IMG/VR virus record: IMGVR_UViG_3300020578_000074
Coordinates: 1 to 61,434 of that record
Length of the DNA stretch: 61,434 nucleotides
Strand: one strand, 5' to 3'
DNA from: a virus
Lineage: Duplodnaviria; Caudoviricetes
Shown: one piece after another, positions 9,734 through 19,610 of the stretch
How positions within the stretch are numbered: the stretch's first letter is position 1
Layout: each line of letters starts with the position of its first letter
Translations under genes and position numbers: made by a program
The notes under the pieces: generated by a model
The model's database searches: none
Seen by the model: only the letters and a program-made list of their open reading frames with translations
Told to the model about the DNA's origin: nothing

Positions 9734-11842
9734 ATGTACTGCGTAGCGAAGATACTTGGATCAATATATGCCAATCCCCCTTATCATGTTTTAAGGTGCA
9801 TGGTTGCGGGTGAGCGGGAGACTTATCCTATTGTGGTTAAGGGTAAGATAGCAGGACCTGCGTCTGTGGGGGGTGTATTAACCTTTTCGTGTAAGGAGGT
9901 TTTGGATAAAAAGACGGGTAAGGCGGTGTTGGAGGTTGTGAGGAATCCGATCAATCCGAGTTACCTGAGGGGTAATGCCCTAACACAATGGATGGATTGG
10001 TCGGATAGTGGTTTATCGGAGAGTTTGGAGGTGTTATCTTGTTTGACGGAGGCTGGTGTACCCCCTGCGGTGGTGAACAGCATATGGAAAGAGGTGGAGG
10101 CTGATCCCTCGATGGTGAGGCGTAATCCTTGGTGCTTGGTGTACAAGGGATTGGGTTTTCAGGCTGTGGACGCTATAGCGAACACCTTTTTGGGTAAGGA
10201 CTACAATCCGAGTGACAGGAATAGGATAGAGGGTTGTGTATTTTGGTCATTGTTGCAGGGTGTGGGGAATGGACAATCGTATTTGGACACGGGGGCAGTA
10301 TTTAGAGATGTGGGGTTGTTGACGGGATTGGATAATCCGCAGGAGATTGCACAAGCGATCAAGTCGATGAAGGAGAATGTTCCTGCTCGTGTGGTGGTGG
10401 AGAAGTTGCCCCTGGGTGGGAACGCTCTTTATTTGCCGTCTTATCACAAGATGGAGGTGGAGGTAGCTAAGGAGGTGTTATCTCCGATAAGGCATGATAT
10501 TGTGAGCGTAGCGAGCGTATTGGGAGGTTCATCGAAGCGATTGACGGAGGCTGAAATAAGGAGTCATTCAAGGTTTGCCCTAACGGATAAACAATTGAGT
10601 GCTGTGAGGTTAGGTTTGGAGAGTGCGGTGTCGATAGTGACAGGCTTACCCGGTACGGGTAAAACGACAATATTGAGCGTTTTGTGTCGGTGTTTAGAGG
10701 CACAAGGGGAGAAGGTGTTATTGGTAGCCCCAACGGGCATAGCGGCGAAGAGGGCAGGCTCTTTGACGGGTATGGAGTGCATGACCATACACAGGGCATT
10801 TGGTGCAGGTGGGACAAAAGACGAAAAGGGTCGTATTTCGGATTATGAGGGAGTAAAGAAGGTGGAGGGAGAGATTGTTACGGATGTGGCATCGAGTTTA
10901 GACCCGAGTGCTGAGATATGGAGACACAATCGACAAAACCCTCGTGCAGAGAGCGTAGTGATTATAGACGAAGCATCTATGGTGGATTTGCACCAAATGT
11001 GGAGAGTGATGTGTGGCATCTCGGAGAGATGTAGGGTGATTTTGGTCGGAGACATTGCACAGCTTCCTCCTGTAGGTGCTGGCTTTGTCTTAGCTGATTT
11101 ACTGAACTCGTCTCGGATACCTCGTGTGCATTTATCCGAAGTCTTCCGACAGGGGGAGGGGTCAGGAGTAACTTTAGCCGCACATAAGATACACGCAGGA
11201 CAAGTACCTGAGCCTGATGCCGACTTTGAGTTTATCGAGATTTATAATCAACAGGCTGTATTGGATAAGATTTTGGATTTATCGAGGGAGTTGCACCTAG
11301 AGGGGGAGGACTTTCATGTGATGAGTCCAACGCATCATGGATTATTGGGTGTCACAAGTCTGAATAAAGAACTGCGTAGCGTCTTGAACCCTAGCACTAA
11401 ACTGAGTCAATCTTTACAGATTGGTAGCGGGACATATCGGATGGGAGACAAGATTATGATAACCCGCAATGATTATGATTTGGGCGTTTATAATGGCGAT
11501 ATTGGACGCATTTTGAGCATAAACAAAACGAGCATCGAAGTTATCCTTAAAGGTGTCGTGGATCAACGCTTGGATTTACCCTTGGATGAAATATCCAAGT
11601 TGTTGAGATTGGCATATGCGACCACCGTGCATAAAGCACAGGGGCAGGAATATCACACAATTATTATGCCCATGTGTGTTGAACATGGGAACAATCTATT
11701 ACTGCGGAGTCTGCTTTATACTGCCATCACAAGGGCAAAGATTAAGGTCTATTTGGTGGGTGAGCGAGAGGCTATGATTAAGTGTGTAATGAATGCCAAC
11801 ACCACTACCCGCTTATCTAGGTTGCGTGATCGTCTCTCTTAG
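9734..11842 (+). CDS. recD: RecD2-like SF1B helicase
   Basis: TGLPGTGKTT, APTGIAAKR, IIDEASM, GDIAQLPPVGAG, FRQ, YATTVHKAQGQE, YTAITRAK. Confidence 0.92.
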   Translation: MYCVAKILGSIYANPPYHVLRCMVAGERETYPIVVKGKIAGPASVGGVLTFSCKEVLDKKTGKAVLEVVRNPINPSYLRGNALTQWMDWSDSGLSESLEVLSCLTEAGVPPAVVNSIWKEVEADPSMVRRNPWCLVYKGLGFQAVDAIANTFLGKDYNPSDRNRIEGCVFWSLLQGVGNGQSYLDTGAVFRDVGLLTGLDNPQEIAQAIKSMKENVPARVVVEKLPLGGNALYLPSYHKMEVEVAKEVLSPIRHDIVSVASVLGGSSKRLTEAEIRSHSRFALTDKQLSAVRLGLESAVSIVTGLPGTGKTTILSVLCRCLEAQGEKVLLVAPTGIAAKRAGSLTGMECMTIHRAFGAGGTKDEKGRISDYEGVKKVEGEIVTDVASSLDPSAEIWRHNRQNPRAESVVIIDEASMVDLHQMWRVMCGISERCRVILVGDIAQLPPVGAGFVLADLLNSSRIPRVHLSEVFRQGEGSGVTLAAHKIHAGQVPEPDADFEFIEIYNQQAVLDKILDLSRELHLEGEDFHVMSPTHHGLLGVTSLNKELRSVLNPSTKLSQSLQIGSGTYRMGDKIMITRNDYDLGVYNGDIGRILSINKTSIEVILKGVVDQRLDLPLDEISKLLRLAYATTVHKAQGQEYHTIIMPMCVEHGNNLLLRSLLYTAITRAKIKVYLVGEREAMIKCVMNANTTTRLSRLRDRLS

Positions 11843-11847
11843 CCTAA

Positions 11848-11859
11848 TAATCCTTTTAT
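11848..11859 (+). promoter_or_regulatory. Representative putative late promoter TAATCCTTTTAT (TA-N5-TTTAT family)
   Basis: Same or near-identical 12-mer found upstream of about 17 leader/structural genes (see findings). Confidence 0.65.
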
Positions 11860-11916
11860 CGGTCCCTCCAAGGGAGAATGGATAAATCTATCTATTAATC
11901 TCTTGGAGTGACAATC

Positions 11917-12198
11917 ATGATCAGAAGAACCGCGTCAGAAGTTTTAAGAAGCCTCGAAGCCCGCGTTGCCCGTCTTGAGGGTAAGACCTCTAGCGGCAGA
12001 ACCGCTGGCAGCCGCTACTCTTGGCAGAAGTCTTTGTTCTCAGTAAATGGGGGTAGACCATCAACAGGTCTTGCTATTTTAGAACAGAACGATGGAGACC
12101 CTGAGGTCATTGAGCTGCTTCAGGAAGCTCTTAGGGATGGCAGTTCTAACCGCTTTAATATGGCTGAGATCACCCTGATTGCGGCGGTGAGGGGCTAA
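11917..12198 (+). CDS. Small hypothetical protein with shared leader
   Basis: Starts MIRRTASEVLRSLEARVARLEGKTSSGRTAG; GGAG RBS. Confidence 0.8.
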   Translation: MIRRTASEVLRSLEARVARLEGKTSSGRTAGSRYSWQKSLFSVNGGRPSTGLAILEQNDGDPEVIELLQEALRDGSSNRFNMAEITLIAAVRG

Positions 12199-12239
12199 GA
12201 AAAACCTCACATTCCCCTTTGGGGTGTGATGTTAGGTGT

Positions 12240-12953
12240 TTAGTTGTCGGGGTTATTGATCTTGCCGTAAGAGACATAGTTAGAATGAGCGACCGACCAA
12301 ATACCCCTGATTTGACGGCTGATTTCTTTAGCTAACAGCCTCATTTCCCATTGAGCATCGGGGTGGTCTCTTTTAGAGATGAAGTTTATCCAATTGTGGA
12401 GATTAGCAGTAGCCCAATAGGTGGTGTAGATGTTTTGAGGCAAGATCATGCGGGCTTGTTCTCTTGCTACTCCACTAGAGATCATTTCCTCATACAGAGC
12501 GGCGGCATTAGCCGTTTGTACATGGATAGCTTGGGTGGCAGTCAATAAATCACCGATCAAAGGATCAAAGGTCTGATCCAAACTCGCTTGTCTGTTTTTG
12601 GTGTCTTGTTGTCTCAGCTCTTTGGGCAGATAGAATTCTATCTTTTCGCTCGTGTATCTACGGCTGATCTCGTTATAGCTCATGGTGCGATGTCTCATGT
12701 GTTGCCTCGCCACAAACATCGGCACTTTTATCCATAATGTCAGAAGATTATGCTCCGCCGTGGATGTGTGACCTTCTCGAACCAAGAATTTGGATAGTTT
12801 GACTTCTTTGTCTCCCATCTCGGTTGAGAACTGATCAAGGCTGGCTCTTGCAGCATTGACAGGGGTGATATCTTCCCCCATGTGCTGAATGACCGCAACA
12901 CCTCCAATATCATCGCCATATATACAGACCTTTTTATCCAAGAAGTTGCTCAT
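12240..12953 (-). CDS. thyX: FAD-dependent thymidylate synthase
   Basis: ThyX signature RHRTMSYNEISRRY; GH.S..EH; AREQARMILP; AQWEMR. Confidence 0.95.
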   Translation of the reverse strand: MSNFLDKKVCIYGDDIGGVAVIQHMGEDITPVNAARASLDQFSTEMGDKEVKLSKFLVREGHTSTAEHNLLTLWIKVPMFVARQHMRHRTMSYNEISRRYTSEKIEFYLPKELRQQDTKNRQASLDQTFDPLIGDLLTATQAIHVQTANAAALYEEMISSGVAREQARMILPQNIYTTYWATANLHNWINFISKRDHPDAQWEMRLLAKEISRQIRGIWSVAHSNYVSYGKINNPDN

Positions 12954-13080
12954 CTATGTCCCTAATCCTTTCATTGTTCGGTTATTCTTTCAGATACTAC
13001 CTGAGATAGAGTATCCCAACACGGATAACTCAGTATTAGTAAGGTGTGACCCTTTTCCCTCCCTTAAAAAGGAACCTGAC

Positions 13081-13983
13081 ATGATCGTTATCCTCGCCCC
13101 TACCGCTCAACTCGCCGCCGATACCCTCAGCCTCGATACCCCCCCCACCCTCACCGTTGAAGCGGAGTACGGCTCTTGGGTGGCGGAGGGGTCGGTCTAC
13201 ACCGCCGCCCATCACCAACCTTTTGGTTCCAAGTACGCAGGTAGACATATCGGCGGGGAGCAGCCCGCTCCCTGTAACGACACCCATATCCCTGTCCTTG
13301 AGGACAATGATGTGGCTCTGATCAGTCATATTGATGCCGATACCCTTGGTGGTCTTATGAGGGCTTCGGGCAAGTATGCTCAGTTCTTCACTCAAGGCTT
13401 TGAGGGGTTTTGGAGTTATGTGGAGGGGATTGATACGCTCGGGTGGCACAAGGCTGACCCCTCTTCCTCTTACTTCCCGCTCGCCTCGGCTATCGGGGCT
13501 TGGCTTCAGACCAATCGCCTCAATACGCCTAGGGATCAAAACTCTGATGTGACGGAGTTTTGTGAAAAGGCGTTTGAGTTTGTTTCAAACCTTCTCTCAG
13601 GTGGGTTGGACGAACTTGAGATCGGCGTGAAGTTTATCCAAGCCCAAGATGACCTCAACCTGAAGAGTTGGGTGACCACGACTCCGTTTGGTGTGGTTGT
13701 CCGCAGGGCAGATAACTTTACGAACCACCTCTACCGTGACCCTAATGGGGAGGTCGGTCTCGGTGTGGTTGCGTTTAATGAGAAGATGGGTTCTGTCACC
13801 ATCTCCCTTGCCGATCCGATTAAGAATGTCTCTTGTCGGCATATTGTTCAGTCCCTTTGGGGTGACCTTGCAGGTGGTCATGACGGCATCGCTGGCTCGC
13901 CTCGTGGTCAGATCATGACGGAGGGGCAGTTCAGGGATGCCATCAACGCCTTCTCCATGGCGATTGCTCAGGCTACCTGCTAA
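13081..13983 (+). CDS. Hypothetical protein, possibly DHH/DHHA1-like phosphoesterase
   Basis: SHIDADT and C-terminal AGGHDGIAGS motifs; AAGGA RBS before ATG 13081. Confidence 0.55.
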   Translation: MIVILAPTAQLAADTLSLDTPPTLTVEAEYGSWVAEGSVYTAAHHQPFGSKYAGRHIGGEQPAPCNDTHIPVLEDNDVALISHIDADTLGGLMRASGKYAQFFTQGFEGFWSYVEGIDTLGWHKADPSSSYFPLASAIGAWLQTNRLNTPRDQNSDVTEFCEKAFEFVSNLLSGGLDELEIGVKFIQAQDDLNLKSWVTTTPFGVVVRRADNFTNHLYRDPNGEVGLGVVAFNEKMGSVTISLADPIKNVSCRHIVQSLWGDLAGGHDGIAGSPRGQIMTEGQFRDAINAFSMAIAQATC

Positions 13984-14030
13984 TCCCTTTATCGGATACT
14001 CCTAGTTGTTCTTATACAGGAGTATCCAAT

Positions 14031-14459
14031 ATGAGTGAAGAACAGGTTGAGAGGCAGGTTGAGGGGCAGGATGAAGGGCAGGATGATACACCCTTAGAAA
14101 ATATCGTCTTGATCATAGAAAAAGACGGAAACCTTGTAGCTGTACTCGACTCGGAGCATGAGTACACAGAAGAGCAAATGACCATGTTTGCTCGCGTGTA
14201 CTTATTACGAAATCCCTCTTTTGTGCTTTATCTCGTTATTCTCATCGAGCTATGGATACACGAAATGTCCGCACTAGCCGCTGAGAAGTGGGAGCAATCC
14301 ACTATCCTGTACTTATCCGTTAAGAAGTGGACGATACGGAAGTGGAGGAAGCTGGAATGGGAGTATGGGAAGCTAGATAAACGCTTTCGGCTGAGTCACA
14401 AAATGGGAAAACTCAGGGATAAGGCACAACGGCTATTGGATAGTTTGTTCTCGAAGTAG
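14031..14459 (+). CDS. Hypothetical protein with one hydrophobic segment
   Basis: AGGAG RBS; TAATCCCTTTAT at 13981-13992; FVLYLVILIELWI segment. Confidence 0.7.
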   Translation: MSEEQVERQVEGQDEGQDDTPLENIVLIIEKDGNLVAVLDSEHEYTEEQMTMFARVYLLRNPSFVLYLVILIELWIHEMSALAAEKWEQSTILYLSVKKWTIRKWRKLEWEYGKLDKRFRLSHKMGKLRDKAQRLLDSLFSK

Positions 14460-14527
14460 GGGTTTGTATAATGTGGGACATAAGAGCGAAGGCGGTCTTC
14501 TCTCTTGTTTCACTTAAGGGATAAAAC

Positions 14528-14998
14528 ATGGCTAGCGAGAAGTGGAAAGCGGGCAAAGAAATCCAAGACAAGATCAATGAGTTGGTGGGCAGTCACCATC
14601 CACATCTTGCCGATATATGTTATGATATTGTGGTCATCTTCAAAGAAAAGGCTTCCCGTAAGGGCGGATACCCTGTACTTGGTAAGACCTCAAAGGCTCC
14701 TGCCATTTTATCCGTATTGGGGGATCGTCAATATCAGTTTGTGATTGAGATTGGCAACGATGTCTGGCAGAAGCTGAATGTCGATCAACAGACCGCACTA
14801 CTCGACCATCTTTTATCCTTTATTCAGGGAGAAGAAGATGAGGCTACTGCGGAGATGAAGTACAGCCTCACCGAGCCTGATATTTACTACTTCACCGAAG
14901 AAGTGGCTCGTCATGGATATTGGCGACCCGACTTGTCGGATAAGCCCTCAGAAGAGAGCGAGGAGGGCGTAGACCCTCTAGATGACTTGCTGAAGTAA
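14528..14998 (+). CDS. Phage metallopeptidase-like protein with degenerate active site
   Basis: Family-like pattern LGK..KA, FVIEI..DVW..L...QQ.ALLDH; HExxH replaced by HLLSF. Confidence 0.6.
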   Translation: MASEKWKAGKEIQDKINELVGSHHPHLADICYDIVVIFKEKASRKGGYPVLGKTSKAPAILSVLGDRQYQFVIEIGNDVWQKLNVDQQTALLDHLLSFIQGEEDEATAEMKYSLTEPDIYYFTEEVARHGYWRPDLSDKPSEESEEGVDPLDDLLK

Positions 14999-15421
14999 AA
15001 GCTACCCTACCCCCCCCATCCATCGGACGCACATTGGATGGAGGGGGTAGGATGATGAGTAGCTGAATCATGGAAGGTGATGGTGGTGGGTGAGGAGGGG
15101 GGTGTTGGGGAGGGGGATGTGGAGGAGGGGGATTTCTCATATCTACGCTTATTCTTGTGCTCGTGTTTATGACCCCCTGATATGTTAGGTGTCATACGCG
15201 AGATATTGGATAGTTCCGATATTGGATAGTTCCCAAAGAGCGTGTCTGTTTCCATTTTTGGGCAGGGGAGTATGTGCGTTATATTGGATAGTATTTTTTT
15301 GAGAAAAAGTTAGTTTTTCTTAAGATCGGGGGGTCATCTTTTATAAAGAGTAGGTGAGCGATGAGCCTATCACTTCGGATGACTCGCTAACGCTCATAAC
15401 CCTCATCTACGGAGTCTCAGC

Positions 15422-16150
15422 ATGGCTGGCTTCTCAGATTTTTCCCTCGGCGGTTCCGCCCCCCTCCTCTCACTTGACAAGGTTCGTTGGAAGCCTCAGA
15501 AGGGCAAGTATCGCGTGACCTTTGTCGCCCTGCCCGGTCTTGAGAATGGGAACCCTCAGTTTCAGACGGCGAATGGTGATCCGACCAACCCCTCCTTTAA
15601 GGGAGGGAAGCGGTTGTACAACAAGTCTGTCGGATACTTCCTCGACCACGGACCTGAGTATCAGAAGTTCGCGGATGATGGTAAGGGTTCAAAGACCTCG
15701 ATTGCTACGACCTTGGTGTTTTGGCCTGTGGACGCGAACGGAAACTTGGACAAGGCTCGTTTTGCCAATGGTGAGTACGAGATCAAGACTTGGGTGTTCA
15801 GCCTCGACAAGTACAAGCAGTTGGAGGCGATTAACGCGGAGTTTCCGTTGTCACAGCACGACCTCTCCATCACGGTGACCGACCCGCAGTTCCACAAGAT
15901 GTCTTTCGCTCCCTGCAAGGAGTCCCTGTTCAAGACGCTCTCGGACAAGGGAAGCCCTGCCTATAAGGGCGTGGTGGAACACGCTCGTGGTGTTCACGGC
16001 AATATCCAAAACGATATCGCCCAAGACCTCACGCTTGATCAAATCCGCGAGCGTATCTCAGGAAAGGTTGGTTCGCCCACGGGTGGGAGCGGTGGCGGTT
16101 TTAACAGCTCATTTGATGCCGATGACATCCTCGATGATGTTCTTGGCTAA
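15422..16150 (+). CDS. Putative single-stranded DNA-binding protein (gp32-like)
   Basis: Aromatic-rich core, Gly-rich linker, acidic tail FDADDILDDVLG, strong codon bias, downstream terminator at about 16196-16234. Confidence 0.6.
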   Translation: MAGFSDFSLGGSAPLLSLDKVRWKPQKGKYRVTFVALPGLENGNPQFQTANGDPTNPSFKGGKRLYNKSVGYFLDHGPEYQKFADDGKGSKTSIATTLVFWPVDANGNLDKARFANGEYEIKTWVFSLDKYKQLEAINAEFPLSQHDLSITVTDPQFHKMSFAPCKESLFKTLSDKGSPAYKGVVEHARGVHGNIQNDIAQDLTLDQIRERISGKVGSPTGGSGGGFNSSFDADDILDDVLG

Positions 16151-16282
16151 GATGATCTAGTGGGGTGGGGGATACCCTCCCCTTAAGAGCTAAACAAAGC
16201 CCTTGCTCAGAGTAGAGCAGGGGCTTTGTCTTTTAAAGCCTTTATATTTAATCCGATTGGATAAACACCGAAAGGATTAACT

Positions 16283-16810
16283 ATGTGGGATGATGACGAG
16301 ATCAGCTTTATAGGCAACGCCAAGACCGCAAGTATGGATGCGGTACTGAACACCAAGATATCCGATTTGACGGATAGTGGTAAGAGAGCCAAGCGGATAT
16401 CCTTTAAGGAAGGAACCCGAGTGGTTGTGAATACCAATAATGGTGTGGTCATCCCTACACAAGTCCCCCTGAGCGGAACAAAGGGGACGATTGTATCCGT
16501 AAAGACGGCTACAGGAGATGTGACCTCGATGGGTGGAGAGGTATTTGTAAAGTTCGATACTAGGGGTTCTAAGATAGACCGAGTGCCATCGGAATTCTTA
16601 CAGATAGCTTCGATGAAGGTGTCGTCACTAGACGATCATTTCATCCTATTGAGTGGTCCATCCCTGATGGCACATAGTCTCTTTGCCGAGGATAAGGCGG
16701 CACTAGTACATAAGTCTACAAAAGACCTTTGGTCGGTGAAGCTGGCAGAAGATGGGTCTTATGAGATTGAGCGTTTATTTGATGATGATGGGAACCCGCT
16801 CAAGGTCTAA
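16283..16810 (+). CDS. Hypothetical (probable late/virion) protein
   Basis: TAAAGCCTTTAT upstream; AAGGA RBS; KTAS near N-terminus. Confidence 0.7.
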   Translation: MWDDDEISFIGNAKTASMDAVLNTKISDLTDSGKRAKRISFKEGTRVVVNTNNGVVIPTQVPLSGTKGTIVSVKTATGDVTSMGGEVFVKFDTRGSKIDRVPSEFLQIASMKVSSLDDHFILLSGPSLMAHSLFAEDKAALVHKSTKDLWSVKLAEDGSYEIERLFDDDGNPLKV

Positions 16811-17946
16811 TGGGTGCAACCCCTTTCACATAAGGGACACACATCACCAAGTTCGCTCTTTAAGGTGTCTAGCTCTTTATCCAATGTATGAACTTCAGTA
16901 GATGCAAGACCAATCCCATTGGATAAAACCTGTCTTTGGGTGGCTTGTTCAATAAGCGAGTTTAAGACCTGAACTTCATGATGTTGTATCCCAATATCCA
17001 ACGCGAGAACATTGGATAGTTCTTGGGATGTTTTGATATATCCGTTACGGGCATTTAAGATACGCTGTAGGTTTTCAATCTTCTCAAAGCCTTTGATTTC
17101 GGGCATCTCAGGTAAAGACTCTAATCCAATAGAGATGGATTTATCCAAAACGAAGCATTTAGCTCTTTCTCTTTTAATCCGTTCGAGTTCAGGTAGGGCA
17201 TTAAATTTGCTCATTTCGGATACCTGCGGGAGGTTAATATTTAAGACATCATTAAGGGTGTTTATTAACTTCATAAGTGCTTCTCTGTTTTGAAGGGTCA
17301 TATCAAGGGCTTCGATATTTTGGTCGATATTGGATAGTTGTAGTTGTAGGTTTTGTACCTGTTGAACGCTAGCTTCAGCCTCTGATAAGTCTTGAAAGGA
17401 TTTTGCTTTGGAGTTTTCGGATAACAAGTCTTCGGATTTGACTTTTATCCTATTGTTGATGGATTTGACTTCATTTCGGGCTAATGCTGTAGCTTGTTCT
17501 AAGACTTGGATTTTATCCACATCGGATAAGGCACTAGATAAGACGCTAGGTGGGAGGTCGAGTAAGAAGATTTGCTCGAATTGTTTTGCGATTTGGGGAT
17601 AAACTTCTTTCCCATCCACTTCAACGGCGACAACGCCTAGCGACTTAACTTCATCGGGAACGCCTGAACCCACTTTATTTATTTCAAAACCATCCACTTC
17701 ATACCTGTTAATGGATTTCCCTTTTTCCCAAAGGAGCGTGTGTCCATCTTTAAAGGTGATTTGAACCCTGCAAGCCTTTTCACCTTGACGGACAAAACTA
17801 GACCCTCTCGCATTTGTGAGAGCACCTGCTACAGCTCTTGCACACGCCGATTTCCCTGTGTTGTTGGGCCCTGTGATGACAGTAAGACCCTTCACCTCAA
17901 ACTCGGTGTGCTCGATGGACTGAAAATTATCTATTACGACTTTCAT
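16807..17946 (-). CDS. SbcC/Rad50-like ATPase, N-terminal half
   Basis: IDNFQSI, Walker A GPNNTGKS, Q-loop, coiled coil, C-terminal CPLC zinc hook. Confidence 0.8.
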   Translation of the reverse strand: MKVVIDNFQSIEHTEFEVKGLTVITGPNNTGKSACARAVAGALTNARGSSFVRQGEKACRVQITFKDGHTLLWEKGKSINRYEVDGFEINKVGSGVPDEVKSLGVVAVEVDGKEVYPQIAKQFEQIFLLDLPPSVLSSALSDVDKIQVLEQATALARNEVKSINNRIKVKSEDLLSENSKAKSFQDLSEAEASVQQVQNLQLQLSNIDQNIEALDMTLQNREALMKLINTLNDVLNINLPQVSEMSKFNALPELERIKRERAKCFVLDKSISIGLESLPEMPEIKGFEKIENLQRILNARNGYIKTSQELSNVLALDIGIQHHEVQVLNSLIEQATQRQVLSNGIGLASTEVHTLDKELDTLKSELGDVCPLCERGCTH

Positions 17947-18045
17947 TTCGTTCCCCCTTCTACTCTTTATAGATTGATCGGTGTCTAGAGTCTTTGTAGT
18001 CTTTTTTTTTAGTGCAGGTCTCCGATACGATGGAGGATATACCCT

Positions 18046-18351
18046 ATGCCATTACTGAAGAAGCCAACACTACTAGTCCGTTATTCACGCCAAACAGAAA
18101 TGGCGGATATTTGTATCCTACAACCTCACTCAGTTGACTTTGAATTGCTGACCAATGACCTCTTAAAATACGGTGGTCTAGGTGATCATGATGTGTCCGT
18201 GCGGTTTAGCTCTCATGCAGGTTCCATCTTTCCTCGTTCCTTTGAGGTTTTCCGTGTGGAACCTAGTATCCGTTGGACAGGCGGCAACGATACACCCGTC
18301 TTAGACTTTATCAAAGCCCTTTCCCGTAAGTGTGTTGTCGTTATTGCTTAA
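18046..18351 (+). CDS. Hypothetical protein
   Basis: GGAGG RBS; fills intergenic space. Confidence 0.65.
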   Translation: MPLLKKPTLLVRYSRQTEMADICILQPHSVDFELLTNDLLKYGGLGDHDVSVRFSSHAGSIFPRSFEVFRVEPSIRWTGGNDTPVLDFIKALSRKCVVVIA

Positions 18352-18402
18352 TAGCCTGTTTATCGCAACACCAAATGGATAACCTACTCAGGGGGAACAA
18401 TC

Positions 18403-19044
18403 ATGAGAACAGCTAGCGAACTATTAAGAAATCTAGAGATGCGTATCGCCCGTCTCGAATCGACAGCCTCAATGCGTACCGCCGCCTTGGATGCTGAGTA
18501 CCTGAAATATATAAATATGGTTTTCCCTCAGACCGCAGGGTCTAGCTCAGATGATCTAGCTGTGGGTGTACTTTCCATACTGCTCGAAGGTCTAAGCACC
18601 AACCTAGACGCTGTTACAAACTTTAAGCCCAAAAAAGGCGAAGCCTTTACTTCTAAGTCGGGTTATGTAAGAGGCGATGAGGATAATGATGATTTAGTTG
18701 CTCTGCCATACCCTGTGGTAGTTGGTGGGTCGATGGTTTTGAACTATAATTATGATGGGAGCGATTTCGCCCGCTTGTTCAAAAGTAGAACCCTACTAGA
18801 AGGGACCGCAGGACACAAGGATTTGGCGAATAAGCTCTTCAAGACGCTTACGGCAAAACTTGCCGATTATGAAGATTCTTTAGAAGAGGCAACTCTTATG
18901 GAGTTGGACTATCAGGTCAGGGGCATGGAACTAGTCCACAAGGACACGGAGTTGACCCTGAAGAACCTAAAGTGTCAATCCGTAAACGGCACATTCGTAC
19001 TCAGCTTACTCGTAGAGGTGGAGAGCCACCTTATTTATTCTTAA
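18403..19044 (+). CDS. Hypothetical protein with shared leader
   Basis: Starts MRTASELLRNLEMRIARLESTASMRTAA; TAGCCTGTTTAT at 18352-18363. Confidence 0.8.
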   Translation: MRTASELLRNLEMRIARLESTASMRTAALDAEYLKYINMVFPQTAGSSSDDLAVGVLSILLEGLSTNLDAVTNFKPKKGEAFTSKSGYVRGDEDNDDLVALPYPVVVGGSMVLNYNYDGSDFARLFKSRTLLEGTAGHKDLANKLFKTLTAKLADYEDSLEEATLMELDYQVRGMELVHKDTELTLKNLKCQSVNGTFVLSLLVEVESHLIYS

Positions 19045-19385
19045 TTTGATTTACCGAAGAAGTAATCCATTCTAGCCGCCCAAGCGGGGACATGATCAAT
19101 CAAGTAGGCAAATGAATCATCGGCTAGGTCTATATCTGTCCTTGAAGTTGACTCCTTGTAGCGACACTCCAACAGGAATTTGAGCATTGGAGTGGTCTTT
19201 TCAGGGGGGATAATGATTTTAGCGTCCTCATCATCTAGGGGGAGCGACTCAATCGCCTCCGTGAGGATTTGTATCTCTTCCTGATTGAGATCGAAGTTGA
19301 ACCCCTTGCGGGTAAGAGCCTCCATAAGTATGTCGTGGGGCGATTTACCTTTTGCTCCCATTCTTTTGCTTATTCTTATCATCAT
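19041..19385 (-). CDS. Hypothetical protein
   Basis: AGGAG RBS; abuts convergent gene. Confidence 0.65.
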   Translation of the reverse strand: MMIRISKRMGAKGKSPHDILMEALTRKGFNFDLNQEEIQILTEAIESLPLDDEDAKIIIPPEKTTPMLKFLLECRYKESTSRTDIDLADDSFAYLIDHVPAWAARMDYFFGKSN

Positions 19386-19610
19386 AACTCCTGTCGGTGG
19401 TACACGGACTAATAAAATGTGTCGGGTGGTGGGATACTCTTTTGTGGGTTATTCTCTCAAAGAGGCAGAACAAGAACCCATAAAGTATCCGAAAAGGTAG
19501 AGCATAAAGCCCTTAAGGGCTGTCCGAGTTGATAATAACTCAGATGGCTTTAAATCGGTAGTGTGGGCTGCCATATAGAAGCCCGCAATCATCTTTGACA
19601 AGGCGACCAC

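Noticed and set aside
14892-15255. Pro-rich minus-strand ORFs or G-quadruplex at 15080-15131
   Set aside because: No clear RBS; overlaps a real gene end and a hairpin; best explained as low-complexity G-rich intergenic DNA
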